Assembly (NCBI GenBank): GCA_963751455.1
Contig: CAVVUN010000015.1
Span: 1,248,001-1,312,000 of the forward strand
Length of the DNA: 64,000 nucleotides
Direction of reading: 5' to 3'
Source: Nitrospirota bacterium
GTDB taxonomy: Bacteria > Nitrospirota > UBA9217
Both the position numbers and the translations under genes were made by a program. This document shows, one piece after another, positions 30,335-40,694 of this stretch. Below the pieces are notes generated by a model. It saw only the letters and a program-made list of their open reading frames with translations, did no database searches and was not told where the DNA came from. Position 1 is the first letter of the stretch; every line of letters starts with the position of its first letter.

Positions 30335-31234
30335 ATGAAGAAGAACCCGGTTCTGATCGTCCTCGCAACCGCAGCCGTTCTGGGTGCGCTTTTTTTCGCT
30401 GTACTGTTCGTTGCGGCAAAGGTTACGGGAAAAAGCACATCTGCCGGACTTCAGGTCGTCAGGTCGGACCGGGTCGCGCTCGTTAAGATAGAAGGCCTGC
30501 TTGCCTCATCGGATCCGGTCGTCGATGAACTGCATGATTACGCCGACGATTCTTCCATAAAAGCGATTGTACTCCGCATTGACAGCCCCGGCGGAGGGGT
30601 CGTGCCCTCCCAGGAGATCTACAACGCCGTGCTGTACGCCAAAAAAGAGGGCAAGAAGGTGGTCGCTTCGATGGGGTCTGTAGCCGCATCAGGAGGATAC
30701 TACGTTGCGGCGGCCGCAGACCGGATCGTAGCCAATCCCGGCACTCTGACCGGCAGCATCGGCGTAAAGATGGAATTCGCCAACCTGGAAAAGCTTCTGG
30801 AAAAAATCGGCGTGAAAGGGATGGTCGTAAAGTCAGGCGAGTACAAGGACATCGGTTCTCCGTTCAGGACTATGACGCCTGAAGAGAAAAAACTGGTCCA
30901 GGAAGTGATCGACGATGTTCAAAGCCAGTTTGTGAAGGCGGTGGCGCAAGGCCGGAAGCTGCCTGAAGCTGATGTGCGGGCAATTGCGGATGGGCGCATC
31001 TTTACCGGCCAGCAGGCGCTCGCTCTTAAACTTGTGGACGAGATGGGAGATCTTGACGACAGCATTCGGGTCGCAGGCGGAATGGCGGGCATCAAGGGGA
31101 AACCGAGCATCGTCGAAAAGAGCAAGAAGATACGGTTTCTGGATTATCTCAAAGAAGAATCGGCCTCGTGGATAGCGGATGTCGTCACAAACGCCATCGA
31201 CAAGAGTTCGGTGAAACTGCAATATCTGCGGTGA
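30335..31234 (+). CDS. sppA: signal peptide peptidase (short S49)
   Basis: RIDSPGG, AASGGYY, TGSIGV, KSGEYKD. Confidence 0.93.
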   Translation: MKKNPVLIVLATAAVLGALFFAVLFVAAKVTGKSTSAGLQVVRSDRVALVKIEGLLASSDPVVDELHDYADDSSIKAIVLRIDSPGGGVVPSQEIYNAVLYAKKEGKKVVASMGSVAASGGYYVAAAADRIVANPGTLTGSIGVKMEFANLEKLLEKIGVKGMVVKSGEYKDIGSPFRTMTPEEKKLVQEVIDDVQSQFVKAVAQGRKLPEADVRAIADGRIFTGQQALALKLVDEMGDLDDSIRVAGGMAGIKGKPSIVEKSKKIRFLDYLKEESASWIADVVTNAIDKSSVKLQYLR

Positions 31235-31253
31235 GTATCGAGGAGGGGAATGA

Positions 31254-31538
31254 ATGACAAAGGCAGAGCTGGTTGATAAAATTTCCGAGAAGAAGCCGAA
31301 TTTGACCAGAAAACAGGTGGAGGTCGTCGTAAACACCGTGCTCGACGGCATCAAGGACGCCCTCTCGAGGGACGACAAGGTGGAGATACGCGGGTTCGGC
31401 AGTTTCCGTATCCGTCATCGGAGGGCCAAAGAAGGCAGGAACCCGAAGACCGGCGAGGCAGTCTCCGTCCCCCCTAAGAAAGTTCCGTTCTTCAAGGCAG
31501 GCAAGGAGATGCGGGAAATGGTGGACGGGAAAATATAG
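31254..31538 (+). CDS. ihfB: integration host factor beta subunit
   Basis: MTKAELV, EIRGFGSF, GRNPKTG, PFFKAGKEMRE. Confidence 0.9.
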   Translation: MTKAELVDKISEKKPNLTRKQVEVVVNTVLDGIKDALSRDDKVEIRGFGSFRIRHRRAKEGRNPKTGEAVSVPPKKVPFFKAGKEMREMVDGKI

Positions 31539-32201
31539 TCATCCGTCTATCTTGATTATTCCTTTCTGGATCGAAAATTTGATCAAACCGGCGCGCGTGT
31601 GGATCCCGAGCTTTTCGCTGATATTCGTCTGGTGCGCTACGATCGTCTTCACGCTGATATTCAGCATATCGGCGGCTTCCTTGTGAGTATATCCCTCCGA
31701 GATGAGTTTCAATACCTGTTTTTCCCGGTCGGAAAGTTTTTCGTACGGCTCCTCTTCTCCAGCGTGGCTGTCTCCATGCAGATACCGGGAAACGACTTCG
31801 GAGGCCACCGCGGAATACAGGTATAATTCCCCCCGCCCGATCGCTTTTAATCCGGTTATAAGATCGCTTCCCACTGCTTTTTTTAACAGATACCCTGAAA
31901 CGCCCGCTTTGAGAAACCGCATTATATATTCCTTGTCCTCATACTGCGTCAACACGAGCACTTTTATCCCGGGCCACATTTTCTTGATTTCCAGCGTCGT
32001 TTCCAGCCCTCCGAGTTTGGGCATATTTATGTCCATGATCACGATATCGGGCTGCAGCTTGCCGGTTTTTTCTATGGCTTCAATCCCGTCGGATGCCTCG
32101 CCTACGACCTCAACCTCGTCGCACAGCTTCAGGAAGGCTGCGATTCCTTCGCGGACAAGGGCATGATCGTCGGCGATCAGAACTCTCATTTTATGCGTCA
32201 T
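31539..32201 (-). CDS. NarL/LuxR-family response regulator
   Basis: IADDHALVREG, DINMP, LSDREKQVLKLI HTH. Confidence 0.92.
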   Translation of the reverse strand: MTHKMRVLIADDHALVREGIAAFLKLCDEVEVVGEASDGIEAIEKTGKLQPDIVIMDINMPKLGGLETTLEIKKMWPGIKVLVLTQYEDKEYIMRFLKAGVSGYLLKKAVGSDLITGLKAIGRGELYLYSAVASEVVSRYLHGDSHAGEEEPYEKLSDREKQVLKLISEGYTHKEAADMLNISVKTIVAHQTNISEKLGIHTRAGLIKFSIQKGIIKIDG

Positions 32202-34050
32202 TTTCCACCTCCGTCTCATGCAGCGGAATGCGGATCCCGATCCTGGTGCCGATCCCCGGCTTTGAACAAATATCCAGATGTCCTCCGATCAGAAGTACCC
32301 GCTCCTTCATGCCCAGGAAACCGAGGCCGCGGCGGTCGTCCGGAGAATCGGATTCTTTGTGATCATACAGCGATGCGAGATCGAAACCGACGCCGTCGTC
32401 CTCGACCTCCGCAGAGACAGCATTGTTATCGCACTGGAAAATAACGATCACGTGTTCGGCCTCGGCGTGCCGGGCGATGTTGATGATCGCCTCCTGTAAC
32501 ACCCTGAACAGGGTTGTTTCCACTTCGGGCCGAAACCGTCTGTCCTTGATTGCTGCGTCGTTCATGAAATATGTGGTGCCTCTTTGCCCGAGGTGGATAT
32601 GGAGCAGAGATTTTACGGTTGCGGCGAGACCCAGGTCGTCAAGAAGAGAAGGTCTCAGGTTCTGCATGATCGAGAGGACCCCTTCCAGGCAGCCGAGCAC
32701 GACTGTGCGGACGGAGTCTATCTTCTCCGGAGTTATCCCGGATGGCTGAAGTCTGCACATGTCGATCCCTATAAGGGCCGCAGAAAGCTCCTGAAGCGTG
32801 CTGTCATGCAGTTCGCGGGCGATCCGTTTTCGTTCCTCTTCCTGGCTGGTAATCACTTTTTTCAGCAGCTCTTCCGCTCTTTGCTGGCTTTTATTGATCT
32901 GGCGCGTTCGTTCTTCCACCCGGACTTCCAGTTCCTGCGCATGCTGCTGGATCTTTGCCATCGACTCCACGAGTTTCTCCCGCATGGTCTCGAAGCTCCG
33001 GCTCAGGATGCCGATCTCGTCACTGCCCTGCGGGGACACAGGCTTTGACAGCTCGCCCCGCGCTATCCGGTCTGCGCCGCGGATGAGTTCCTTGAGCGGA
33101 TTGACGATGCTGCGGTTGATGCCGATGGTGAGGATCAACGCAGTTTCTATGAAGATGATGCCGAGCACGATGAATTGATGCTTCAGGCTGGCCGCCGGCG
33201 CGAAAACGTCGTCCTTCAGCTCCTGTATGGACAGCCCCCAGGGCGCTGTTTCCAGGGGTACGAACGCCAGTACAGTGTTCTCTTTTTCCTGCCGGTTGCC
33301 GCTTTCATGGCAGACATGGCACGTCGCCACGCGCTCTTTCCGTTCCGAGATAATGGTTGTGAAAAAACTGTTGCGGTCGCACTGGGTATAAATCCGGGAA
33401 CGGCGGGATGAGGCAATGACCACCCCGTTTGAATCGACAATATCAATGAATTCGTTTTTCCCGATATCTACCAGGCCGAGTTTCTGCATCAGAAGAGGAC
33501 TGGTAGGGTCTATCTGTCCGCCCGCAACACCCACCGTAAGTCCATTCTTATCCTTGAGTGGAACAAGCACGTAAAGGACCTTTCTCATTGACGGCTCGAT
33601 CGTGTAAATGTTCGAAACCACCGGTTTGCCGAGCGAGAGCATCCTGTTTACCGGTTCTATGCTGAGTATGTTCAGCGAGACATCGTTCATTCTGGCGGGA
33701 TACGTCAAGAGTATGTTACCGCCGTTATCAAGCAGAAATATACCGTCCGTAAAAATGGAATAGCGGTATGCCGTTTTCATCGCCTCTTTCTCGGGCCGGA
33801 AATCGCTGTCGTTCAGATCGACCGCGCCCGAAAGGGAGATGTCGTACAGCCTGTTGATATTGTCCTTTATGATGTTGTCTATATTATTTCTGATCAGGCG
33901 CGACAGCGCGAGTTTTTTGGCGAGAAGGTCATTTATGTTTTTCTGAATTATGAAATGGCTTGTCACACCCAGGCTGATCAGAATGACGGAAATGCCTATC
34001 AGGATAAAGAGCGTTATTCTCTTCCGGAGACTCCCGGTGCGCTGGCTCAT
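32191..34050 (-). CDS. NarX/DegS-type histidine kinase with a heme-c motif in a Cache-like sensor domain
   Basis: TM..CHVCH..TM-HAMP; ERKRIARELHD, LRPSLLDDLG, QEAIINIARH, DDGVGF. Confidence 0.9.
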   Translation of the reverse strand: MSQRTGSLRKRITLFILIGISVILISLGVTSHFIIQKNINDLLAKKLALSRLIRNNIDNIIKDNINRLYDISLSGAVDLNDSDFRPEKEAMKTAYRYSIFTDGIFLLDNGGNILLTYPARMNDVSLNILSIEPVNRMLSLGKPVVSNIYTIEPSMRKVLYVLVPLKDKNGLTVGVAGGQIDPTSPLLMQKLGLVDIGKNEFIDIVDSNGVVIASSRRSRIYTQCDRNSFFTTIISERKERVATCHVCHESGNRQEKENTVLAFVPLETAPWGLSIQELKDDVFAPAASLKHQFIVLGIIFIETALILTIGINRSIVNPLKELIRGADRIARGELSKPVSPQGSDEIGILSRSFETMREKLVESMAKIQQHAQELEVRVEERTRQINKSQQRAEELLKKVITSQEEERKRIARELHDSTLQELSAALIGIDMCRLQPSGITPEKIDSVRTVVLGCLEGVLSIMQNLRPSLLDDLGLAATVKSLLHIHLGQRGTTYFMNDAAIKDRRFRPEVETTLFRVLQEAIINIARHAEAEHVIVIFQCDNNAVSAEVEDDGVGFDLASLYDHKESDSPDDRRGLGFLGMKERVLLIGGHLDICSKPGIGTRIGIRIPLHETEVENDA

Positions 34051-34132
34051 GGCTCAAAGTATAGCTCAACGATATAAAAACGGTAAAAAGGTTTATACGG
34101 GAGCGCACTCTTTTGCGACTTTAAGCAATTTT

Positions 34133-34840
34133 CTATGTCGGCATGGCTTTATTCTCAGCCTCTGTTGTCTTTTCAAGCTCGTTCGGATGCTCACTGAGCA
34201 TCCGCTCCTTCGATATATATCCGGTAAAAATTGTAGTGTCGAGGGGAAATACCTCCGGGCTGAATATCGAGTTGTAGACATGCCAGATGGATATGATGAG
34301 AAAGACGACGAGGGCTTCGTTCGTATGAAGCACTTTGGAGGCGGGTATGATTTCCCCCGGCAGGAACCCGGTCACGGCAACCGGAAACCACAGTATAATG
34401 CCGGTGAGCATCATGAGAAGAACCCCGGTAAGGATTCCCCAGTACTCGAACTTCTGTTTATAGGTATAGCGGGCCCCCCGTGCGGGCTCATCCTCCATAT
34501 TGAGGTAATAGCTTATGTCTGCAACCAGATCGGTGAAATCTTTTTTGGTAATGACCATGGAGGGCTGCCATCTTCCATGCACAATGCCGACGGCCGCAAC
34601 AACGAGGTGGACGATCACTTCCGCGGAAAAAAGCAGGCCTGCCAGACGATGGATCAACCGGACAGTGTCGATTCCGCCGAGATGCAGAATTATCCACTGA
34701 GAAGCATCGAGCAAAAAAAATTTTTGGGAAAGCCCGGTGCAGACGAGCACCATGAACGTGGCGACATGTATCCAGTGCTCGGCGATTCGTGCCCCCGAAA
34801 ACCTTTTTACATAACCGGTGAGAGCTTCTGCATTTTCCAT
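34133..34840 (-). CDS. di-heme cytochrome b subunit (FdnI/HyaC-like)
   Basis: RF..EHWIH, LIHR, YTYKQKFEYW, LHTNEA, WHVYN. Confidence 0.85.
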   Translation of the reverse strand: MENAEALTGYVKRFSGARIAEHWIHVATFMVLVCTGLSQKFFLLDASQWIILHLGGIDTVRLIHRLAGLLFSAEVIVHLVVAAVGIVHGRWQPSMVITKKDFTDLVADISYYLNMEDEPARGARYTYKQKFEYWGILTGVLLMMLTGIILWFPVAVTGFLPGEIIPASKVLHTNEALVVFLIISIWHVYNSIFSPEVFPLDTTIFTGYISKERMLSEHPNELEKTTEAENKAMPT

Positions 34841-34855
34841 TGCCGCTCCTTTCCG

Positions 34856-36298
34856 TCACCTGTTGACGACATAACGCCATATATGCAGCAGGATCTGAAG
34901 GACCAGTCCGACAACCAGCACCGGTATGAAAATCCGATATATAACCGTCACGACATATACAAGGGGAGCGCGCTTGAAGTTCGGTTCGTAATGCGAAAGC
35001 CATGTATCGGGAAAATTTTTGGGAGCGCCTGCATGGCATTTTCGGCACCTTTTTTCGAGGTTCGCCTTCACGATGCTTGAGCGGGGGCCTATGGTTGTTG
35101 TAATGTTATGGCTGCCGTGACAATCAGTGCATACTGCCATGGCTTTTGCGGGCCGGTTCAGCGCATCCTTCTGCAGTTTGTAAAATTTGAGCGTCACTCC
35201 GTGAAAGTCGGCAAGATAGGTATCAACGACGCCGGTTGACAGCCCGTATTTACCGACGACCGACACATTAGCATGGCAGTTACTGCACATTTCAGGGATT
35301 CGTTCCCGGTAATTCAGCTTCCGGGGGTCTTCCATGGTGTGGGCCGTGTGACAATCGGCGCAGACCGGCACATCCTGATTATTTTCATTGAACAGCGCGC
35401 TTCCGTGAACGCTTTTTGCGTATATTTCGTAGATTTCCGGATGGCACCGCTGGCACCTCTTGGCGATGGACGCCCTTTCCTTGCCGGTACGTGAAATGCC
35501 GTGCGACCCATGGCAGTCGATGCAGACCGGCGCGGACGTATTGCCCTGGCTCAGCATGGTGTAATGTATGCTTTCCATGGTTTTGGTGTATTTGTCGAAG
35601 TGACACCGTCTGCAGTTGTCGGAAGAAGCCAGTGTGTAGTCCCTGCGCGTTGCGAAATTCCTGTTCGGGTGCTCTTCCGACGAAAAACCGTAATGACAGT
35701 CGGAACACGAGAGCTTGTTGTGGACCGAATTCAGAAGTTTGAGCCGGTCAATGGTCACGGACACGGTTTCGCCGTTTCTGAAGCGCATGGTACTGCGCCC
35801 GCTATGACATTTCATGCAGTATGCCTCTTCATTGGTGTATTTTGCGGTCCTTGTCACGCCCCTGATTTCATGAGAACCGTGACAGTTGGTGCACAGTATC
35901 GGTACACCCTTCTTTTCCTGCTCAAGAAGGGCGACATGAATTCCGCTCTTTTTTATCTCCGGATTCCTATGGCAGTGCCGGCAGGCGAGCGACGCTTTGG
36001 TCTGGTAATGGAGTTTGTTACGGAATTTTCTTTCCGGGTGGCGTCCTGACGCAAAGTCGGAATGGCAGCCGGAGCAGGAGAGCGAGTTATGGACCGATTT
36101 TCGAAAGGCATCCGCGTTGATATATGCTTCTATCGATTCATTGTTGTCGAAAACGACCTGGATCCCCGGTTTCGCGTGGCACGAAAGGCAGGACGCAGAT
36201 TCTTCAGAAAGACGGTTCTCGCTGCCGGCTGCCGAACGGGACAGGCACAGGGAGAAAAGCATCAAGACCAGGAGAATCGGAAACGCATCTCTCTTCAT
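34856..36298 (-). CDS. membrane-anchored multiheme cytochrome c (13 CxxCH)
   Basis: 13 CxxCH motifs counted, signal peptide, C-terminal TM helix. Confidence 0.92.
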   Translation of the reverse strand: MKRDAFPILLVLMLFSLCLSRSAAGSENRLSEESASCLSCHAKPGIQVVFDNNESIEAYINADAFRKSVHNSLSCSGCHSDFASGRHPERKFRNKLHYQTKASLACRHCHRNPEIKKSGIHVALLEQEKKGVPILCTNCHGSHEIRGVTRTAKYTNEEAYCMKCHSGRSTMRFRNGETVSVTIDRLKLLNSVHNKLSCSDCHYGFSSEEHPNRNFATRRDYTLASSDNCRRCHFDKYTKTMESIHYTMLSQGNTSAPVCIDCHGSHGISRTGKERASIAKRCQRCHPEIYEIYAKSVHGSALFNENNQDVPVCADCHTAHTMEDPRKLNYRERIPEMCSNCHANVSVVGKYGLSTGVVDTYLADFHGVTLKFYKLQKDALNRPAKAMAVCTDCHGSHNITTTIGPRSSIVKANLEKRCRKCHAGAPKNFPDTWLSHYEPNFKRAPLVYVVTVIYRIFIPVLVVGLVLQILLHIWRYVVNR

Positions 36299-36428
36299 AT
36301 GTACCCCCGGCGCCAAATCCGAAAATCGGGAAAAAACGGCAGAGAATAACGCGAAAGCATTCTTGCAGCGCTTACGCTGTGTCGCCGTCGACCGTCATTC
36401 TCTGCACTCCTCAAACAGGAGAGAACTG

Positions 36429-37682
36429 TCAATGAGATTCTTTGTAGTCAGGATGCGCGTGCAGCACCGGCATACGGTTCAAAATCCACCGGAAAATCAA
36501 AATGTGAATCGTCGCGATTGTCAATACCGCCATGCTTTCCTTCCAGGGCGGAATAATGTGATGGAGATGCTCCGGAAGCTTCCAGTTCAGAGCGATTATC
36601 GAGACATTGATCCTGTTCACGATTATGCCGGCAACGGCGTAGAACGCTGCGAACCGGACTGCGGCGACGCTCTGTTTTTTAACCCCGTAGGTGAAAATAA
36701 GGGCCGGGGTTAGAACGAATCCCAGTACCTCGACAAGGTACCAGTAGCCATAGGGCGTGGTGAGATAGTGCCAGTTGCTGTCATGGGCTATGCCGATCAT
36801 CTTGAATACAAGATATACGTACATGCCGACTGCCGCTCCCTGCCCCAGTCCGAGGGTCAGATTGGGAAGGGTATGCAGGAATTCCTCGTCGCACCTCGCC
36901 TTGAGGAACCGCGCTGCAAGCGTGCTCACCATAATTACCATGGCAAGGGCCGCGTAGATGCTCGAACTGAGGAAAAATATCGGAATGTAAGAGCTGTACC
37001 ACAAGGGATGCAGTTTCCCGGGAACCAGCAGGTACATGGCGCCCAATGCAGACTGATGCAGCGTGGAGAGGATGATGCCGGCGATGGTCATTCCTATCGT
37101 CAGCAAAACGGCCCATCTCCTGACCCGCTGCGATTTCAGCCACTCGAGGATCGCCGGGCTGAATTCTATGAGTTGTACGGTCAGGTAAGTGGCAACATGC
37201 CATGCGACCAGGAACAGCACCGATTGCGTGCCGAACCCGATGATCATCGGATAATAGATGCGCCACGGTCTTCCCAGGTCCACAAGCAGATAGATGACTG
37301 CGAAGAGGTACCCGAGGAAGCCTGTCAGAACGCCGAGTCTCAACAGGGGATGGTATCTCCTGAACCCGAAAATGTAGTATGCCGTTGCCATGACAAACCC
37401 TGTTGCAGACAGCGGTACGCCTCCGAACAGTCCCCAGCCGAGGTACAGGCCCCAGGGATATACGTTAGAGGCATGGGTGGCGAAGGCAAGTCCGTAATAA
37501 AACCTGAGGGCCAATATAGGCAGCCCGATGCTCAGAATGATCGCCGCGACAATATTGAACGGCGTGATCAGGCTCTGGATATATTCGGGCCATGACATGC
37601 CCATCAGGAGCTTATTCATGAACCAGGAGCGAAAGTCTCCTGATCCTACCTCTGCGGGTTTGATAACGCCATTGGTGCTCAT
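36429..37682 (-). CDS. NrfD/HybB/HmcC-family integral membrane subunit
   Basis: YPWGL, DLGRPWR, LSTLHQSALG, HPLWYS. Confidence 0.9.
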   Translation of the reverse strand: MSTNGVIKPAEVGSGDFRSWFMNKLLMGMSWPEYIQSLITPFNIVAAIILSIGLPILALRFYYGLAFATHASNVYPWGLYLGWGLFGGVPLSATGFVMATAYYIFGFRRYHPLLRLGVLTGFLGYLFAVIYLLVDLGRPWRIYYPMIIGFGTQSVLFLVAWHVATYLTVQLIEFSPAILEWLKSQRVRRWAVLLTIGMTIAGIILSTLHQSALGAMYLLVPGKLHPLWYSSYIPIFFLSSSIYAALAMVIMVSTLAARFLKARCDEEFLHTLPNLTLGLGQGAAVGMYVYLVFKMIGIAHDSNWHYLTTPYGYWYLVEVLGFVLTPALIFTYGVKKQSVAAVRFAAFYAVAGIIVNRINVSIIALNWKLPEHLHHIIPPWKESMAVLTIATIHILIFRWILNRMPVLHAHPDYKESH

Positions 37683-38674
37683 TTTTTCACCTCCGCTTTT
37701 TTATCTGCGTCCTTTTTTTCCTCGTCGATGGCATCCCGATGCCGCAAAGCCGCATATATCGTCCCAAAGAGGGCGGGCCATGCCGTTAATACGACGGGCA
37801 CAGCCGAAAGGAACCCCTTGGTTTCTTCGATGAGCGGTTTGTTCGGGAGGTCCGTCGGCAGACCGACCTGATCGAAGGGGACGCCGGAGATATACATCCA
37901 GTTCGTACCGCCTACTTCATTCTCTCCGTAAATGTGATCTATATACCTGTCGGGATTGTCCGCGATTTTCTTCCTGGCCAGTTTGATCAGCTCTTCGCGC
38001 TTCCCGAATATCAGCGCTCCGGCCGGACATGCCTCCGCGCATGCCGTAACCTTGCCTTCCTGGATCCTGGATCGGCACATCGTGCATTTGCGGATCCGCG
38101 GCTCGAGCGCGCTCCAGTAATCGTAGGCCGGGACGTTAAAGGGGCAGGAAGTCATGCAGTACCGGCATCCGAAGCACAAGTCCGGATTATACTCGACCGC
38201 GCCTTCCGGCGTTTTTGAATATGCATGGATCGGGCAGGAAGTAAGGCAGGCAGGCTCCTTGCAGTGGTTGCACTGAATTTTTCGGTAGATCGGCTTGCTC
38301 TTGTCCTTGGGGTTTTCATACCGGTTTACCACCGTGTATGCCTTATGAGTCGGTGAACGCAGTTCTTCGAAAACGGAACCGTCGTCAAAAGGCTTGTCCG
38401 GCGAAGGGAAACCGTTTGCTTCATTGCACGCCTTCTCGCAGCTCCGGCAGCCGACGCACGCAGTCAGATCGGTCAGAACGCCGTAGCTGTTCGGATAACC
38501 TTCAAATTCTGTTGAAGCGAGGGCCTTTCCGGTGCGGCCGAGCAGCACTGTGCCGCCGATGGCGCTGACCGTTCCCAGAAAGACGCGTCTGTTCATGGCA
38601 AGGCCCGGTTCATTCTTCTGCTCTTTCTTCTCCTCAACGGGCCCGTTTGTCGGATTGAGCGGTTCTCTATCCAT
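37679..38674 (-). CDS. Tat-exported 4Fe-4S protein (HybA/HmcB-like)
   Basis: NRRVFL, CVGCRSCEKAC, CNHCKEPACLTSCP, CFGCRYCMTSCP, KCTMC..ACAEACP, C-terminal TM. Confidence 0.92.
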   Translation of the reverse strand: MDREPLNPTNGPVEEKKEQKNEPGLAMNRRVFLGTVSAIGGTVLLGRTGKALASTEFEGYPNSYGVLTDLTACVGCRSCEKACNEANGFPSPDKPFDDGSVFEELRSPTHKAYTVVNRYENPKDKSKPIYRKIQCNHCKEPACLTSCPIHAYSKTPEGAVEYNPDLCFGCRYCMTSCPFNVPAYDYWSALEPRIRKCTMCRSRIQEGKVTACAEACPAGALIFGKREELIKLARKKIADNPDRYIDHIYGENEVGGTNWMYISGVPFDQVGLPTDLPNKPLIEETKGFLSAVPVVLTAWPALFGTIYAALRHRDAIDEEKKDADKKAEVKK

Positions 38675-38725
38675 AAGAAGCCTCCTCAGTGGGTTCAGTC
38701 GTCCGAATCAATCGTTCGAGGACCA

Positions 38726-39205
38726 TCATTGAACCCTGGTTCCAGCGCTCTTCGTTTTTTTTGCGTGACACATTTCCGTGCAGCCCTTCGGATCCAAACC
38801 GATATTTCCCATTCCCCTGTGACACTCGAAACATTTCTTGTGATATGCGACCTTGAGCCCGGGCATTCCGGGGTTTTCCCGGTCAAACGAGCCGTGGCAG
38901 TTGGAACACGGCATGAACCCGTTTACGACCGAGTTTTTGAATTGGGCCGGGCTGAGGCCGTGGCAGCCTTTGCAGGACGAGGTGTCCCCGTTTCCATGGT
39001 GATGGCACGACGCGCAGCTCCCCGCAAGCGATACATGCTTCGCGTGATCGAAGGCGACCGGATCGTATTTATCGGAAATGTTGCCCAGCATGCGGACCCC
39101 TGGCAGTCGCTCGGCGGCAGCGGCCTGCTGAGCTCCCCCGAATGCGAGAGCTGCCAACAGTGCGCACAATGCGGAGCCGAGCACGATGCTTGCTTTCTTT
39201 TTCAT
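38726..39205 (-). CDS. class III (c3-like) cytochrome c, 4 CxxCH plus one CX3CH
   Basis: FDHAKH, CASCHH, CKGCH, CSNCH, AYHKKCFECH, CTEMCH; signal peptide. Confidence 0.88.
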   Translation of the reverse strand: MKKKASIVLGSALCALLAALAFGGAQQAAAAERLPGVRMLGNISDKYDPVAFDHAKHVSLAGSCASCHHHGNGDTSSCKGCHGLSPAQFKNSVVNGFMPCSNCHGSFDRENPGMPGLKVAYHKKCFECHRGMGNIGLDPKGCTEMCHAKKTKSAGTRVQ

Positions 39206-39339
39206 CTTCTCCTCCCTTGCAATCATTGGTAAAGACTGATAGTTCTCGGCAGAGGGCGCCGGACCGGAACCCGGAGATCCTGCTTCTCATCTCCTTCCGT
39301 TTCAGCGCCTCTCCCACGGACGTGACGGGAAGATCTTCT

Positions 39340-39765
39340 CTAGTTGGGCTTCGCGGAACCGCCTTTTTTCCCCTTGGCGTCCGCTTTTTTCTTCTTACCT
39401 GCCAAATACGCCTCCATGGGTCTCCATTCGAACGTTACGCTCTTACCGGCGACGCTTGCGGTTGCTTTCGCGGCGAGGTTTACGATTGCGGCGGCCAGAG
39501 CCACGAAAAACCCGATCGGCAGCATTACGATATAAGCGAGCCCGATGAACGGCGCAGCAGCTATCTTGCCAGCGAATTTCATGAGGTGTGAAAATCCTCC
39601 GGATTGCTCGATGTAGCCGAGGTCGTCCTTCCCGGTCGCTACAACCGTTTTGAAAGGCCGCGGTTTCAAAATTTCCCAGAAAAGGAGAAATCCGGCGATG
39701 GCAAGGAGTGACATGATATACTCTATTCCCTTTACATGAGTGATAAAGTCTACGAGTGTGTACAT
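39340..39765 (-). CDS. small membrane protein: HmcD-like N-terminus fused to the domain shared with the two upstream genes
   Basis: MYTLVDFITHVKGIEYI..FW; PFIGLAYIVMLP...FEWRPMEAYLAGKKKK; AGAGGAGG RBS. Confidence 0.75.
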   Translation of the reverse strand: MYTLVDFITHVKGIEYIMSLLAIAGFLLFWEILKPRPFKTVVATGKDDLGYIEQSGGFSHLMKFAGKIAAAPFIGLAYIVMLPIGFFVALAAAIVNLAAKATASVAGKSVTFEWRPMEAYLAGKKKKADAKGKKGGSAKPN

Positions 39766-39829
39766 GGTGGTGCCTCCTCTCTTCGTTTTTTTTAACTCCT
39801 GGTGCTCACTAGTGCGAGCATGCATTTCG

Positions 39830-40183
39830 TTATTTGCGATCCTGCTTCTCTTTCTCCTGTTTTTTCTTTTTTCCGGACAGATAAGCGTTTCGGGGCCTCC
39901 ATCCGAAGGAGACCGTTTTTACGGCCAGGTTATACATGCCGGTGAAAAGGCCGCGCACGGCAAAGAGCACTACTGTTCCTATGCCGATTATCGGCATCAA
40001 GATTGCGTAGAGAAGCCCGATGACCGGCCCGGACAACAGCATGACGGCTACGGGCATCTTCAGATAGCTTGAAGCGCCATCACCGGGAAGAATATCCTCT
40101 TCTGCCACGTCTACCCTGAGTCCTTTGCGTAAATCCCAATAAGTGCCCCTGCCGACTCTGCTTCCGCCCTTGTATGTAAACAT
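39830..40183 (-). CDS. small membrane protein of unknown function (paralog 2)
   Basis: YKGGSRVGRGTYWD..., GPVIGLLY, SFGWRPRNAYLSGKKKK; GGAGG RBS. Confidence 0.8.
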   Translation of the reverse strand: MFTYKGGSRVGRGTYWDLRKGLRVDVAEEDILPGDGASSYLKMPVAVMLLSGPVIGLLYAILMPIIGIGTVVLFAVRGLFTGMYNLAVKTVSFGWRPRNAYLSGKKKKQEKEKQDRK

Positions 40184-40266
40184 TGTCTTCACCTCCCTTT
40201 CCGTGAACCGGCAACCGTATTTGGTTCTAGCCTATCAGTTGCCGAAGAGAACCGGAATTGCAAGAA

Positions 40267-40297
40267 AGTCCTAATTTCAGCGGAAATATATCCTAGG
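40267..40297 (-). promoter_or_regulatory. TCCTA direct repeats, putative response-regulator site
   Basis: agTCCTAat (40267) and taTCCTAgg (40289), 22 bp apart; same pattern at 40817/40839. Confidence 0.4.
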
Positions 40298-40352
40298 AGC
40301 AAAATATCACAGTACGTTTCAAAACAGTGTTTTTCCGCAAGCTTCTATGGTC

Positions 40353-40694
40353 CTATTCCTTTTTCCCGCTCTTTTTCTTCTTCCCTGACAGATAAGCGTT
40401 TCTCGGTGTCCATCCGAATGATACGGTCTTGGCTGCCAGATTGTAGGCGCCGCCAACAATTCTGCCCACAGCCAGAGTCGCGGCAGTTGCAATGCCGAGC
40501 AGCGGCATTACCGCAGCGTAGACCAGCCCGATGACCGGTCCGGACAGAAGAACGACCGAGGGCCGCAGCCTCAGGTACGTCGCCCCGCCGCCTCCTGAAA
40601 GAATGGCATCACCCGGTACGTCGATTCTCCGTCCGCTCGAAAAATCCCAGTATGTTCCCTTTCCGACCCTGTTTCCGCCTTTGTAGATAATCAT
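40353..40694 (-). CDS. small membrane protein of unknown function (paralog 1)
   Basis: YKGGNRVGKGTYWD..., GPVIGLVY, SFGWTPRNAYLSGKKKK; AAGGAGG RBS. Confidence 0.8.
   Translation of the reverse strand: MIIYKGGNRVGKGTYWDFSSGRRIDVPGDAILSGGGGATYLRLRPSVVLLSGPVIGLVYAAVMPLLGIATAATLAVGRIVGGAYNLAAKTVSFGWTPRNAYLSGKKKKSGKKE

Noticed and set aside
33950-35080. Long antisense ORFs (this one, 7361-8572, 42089-43108, 61625-62554 and others)
   Set aside because: Shadows of well-supported genes on the opposite strand
36429-38674. Hydrogenase-2 operon (hybAB)
   Set aside because: No NiFe subunits or maturation genes in the window, so symbols were not assigned
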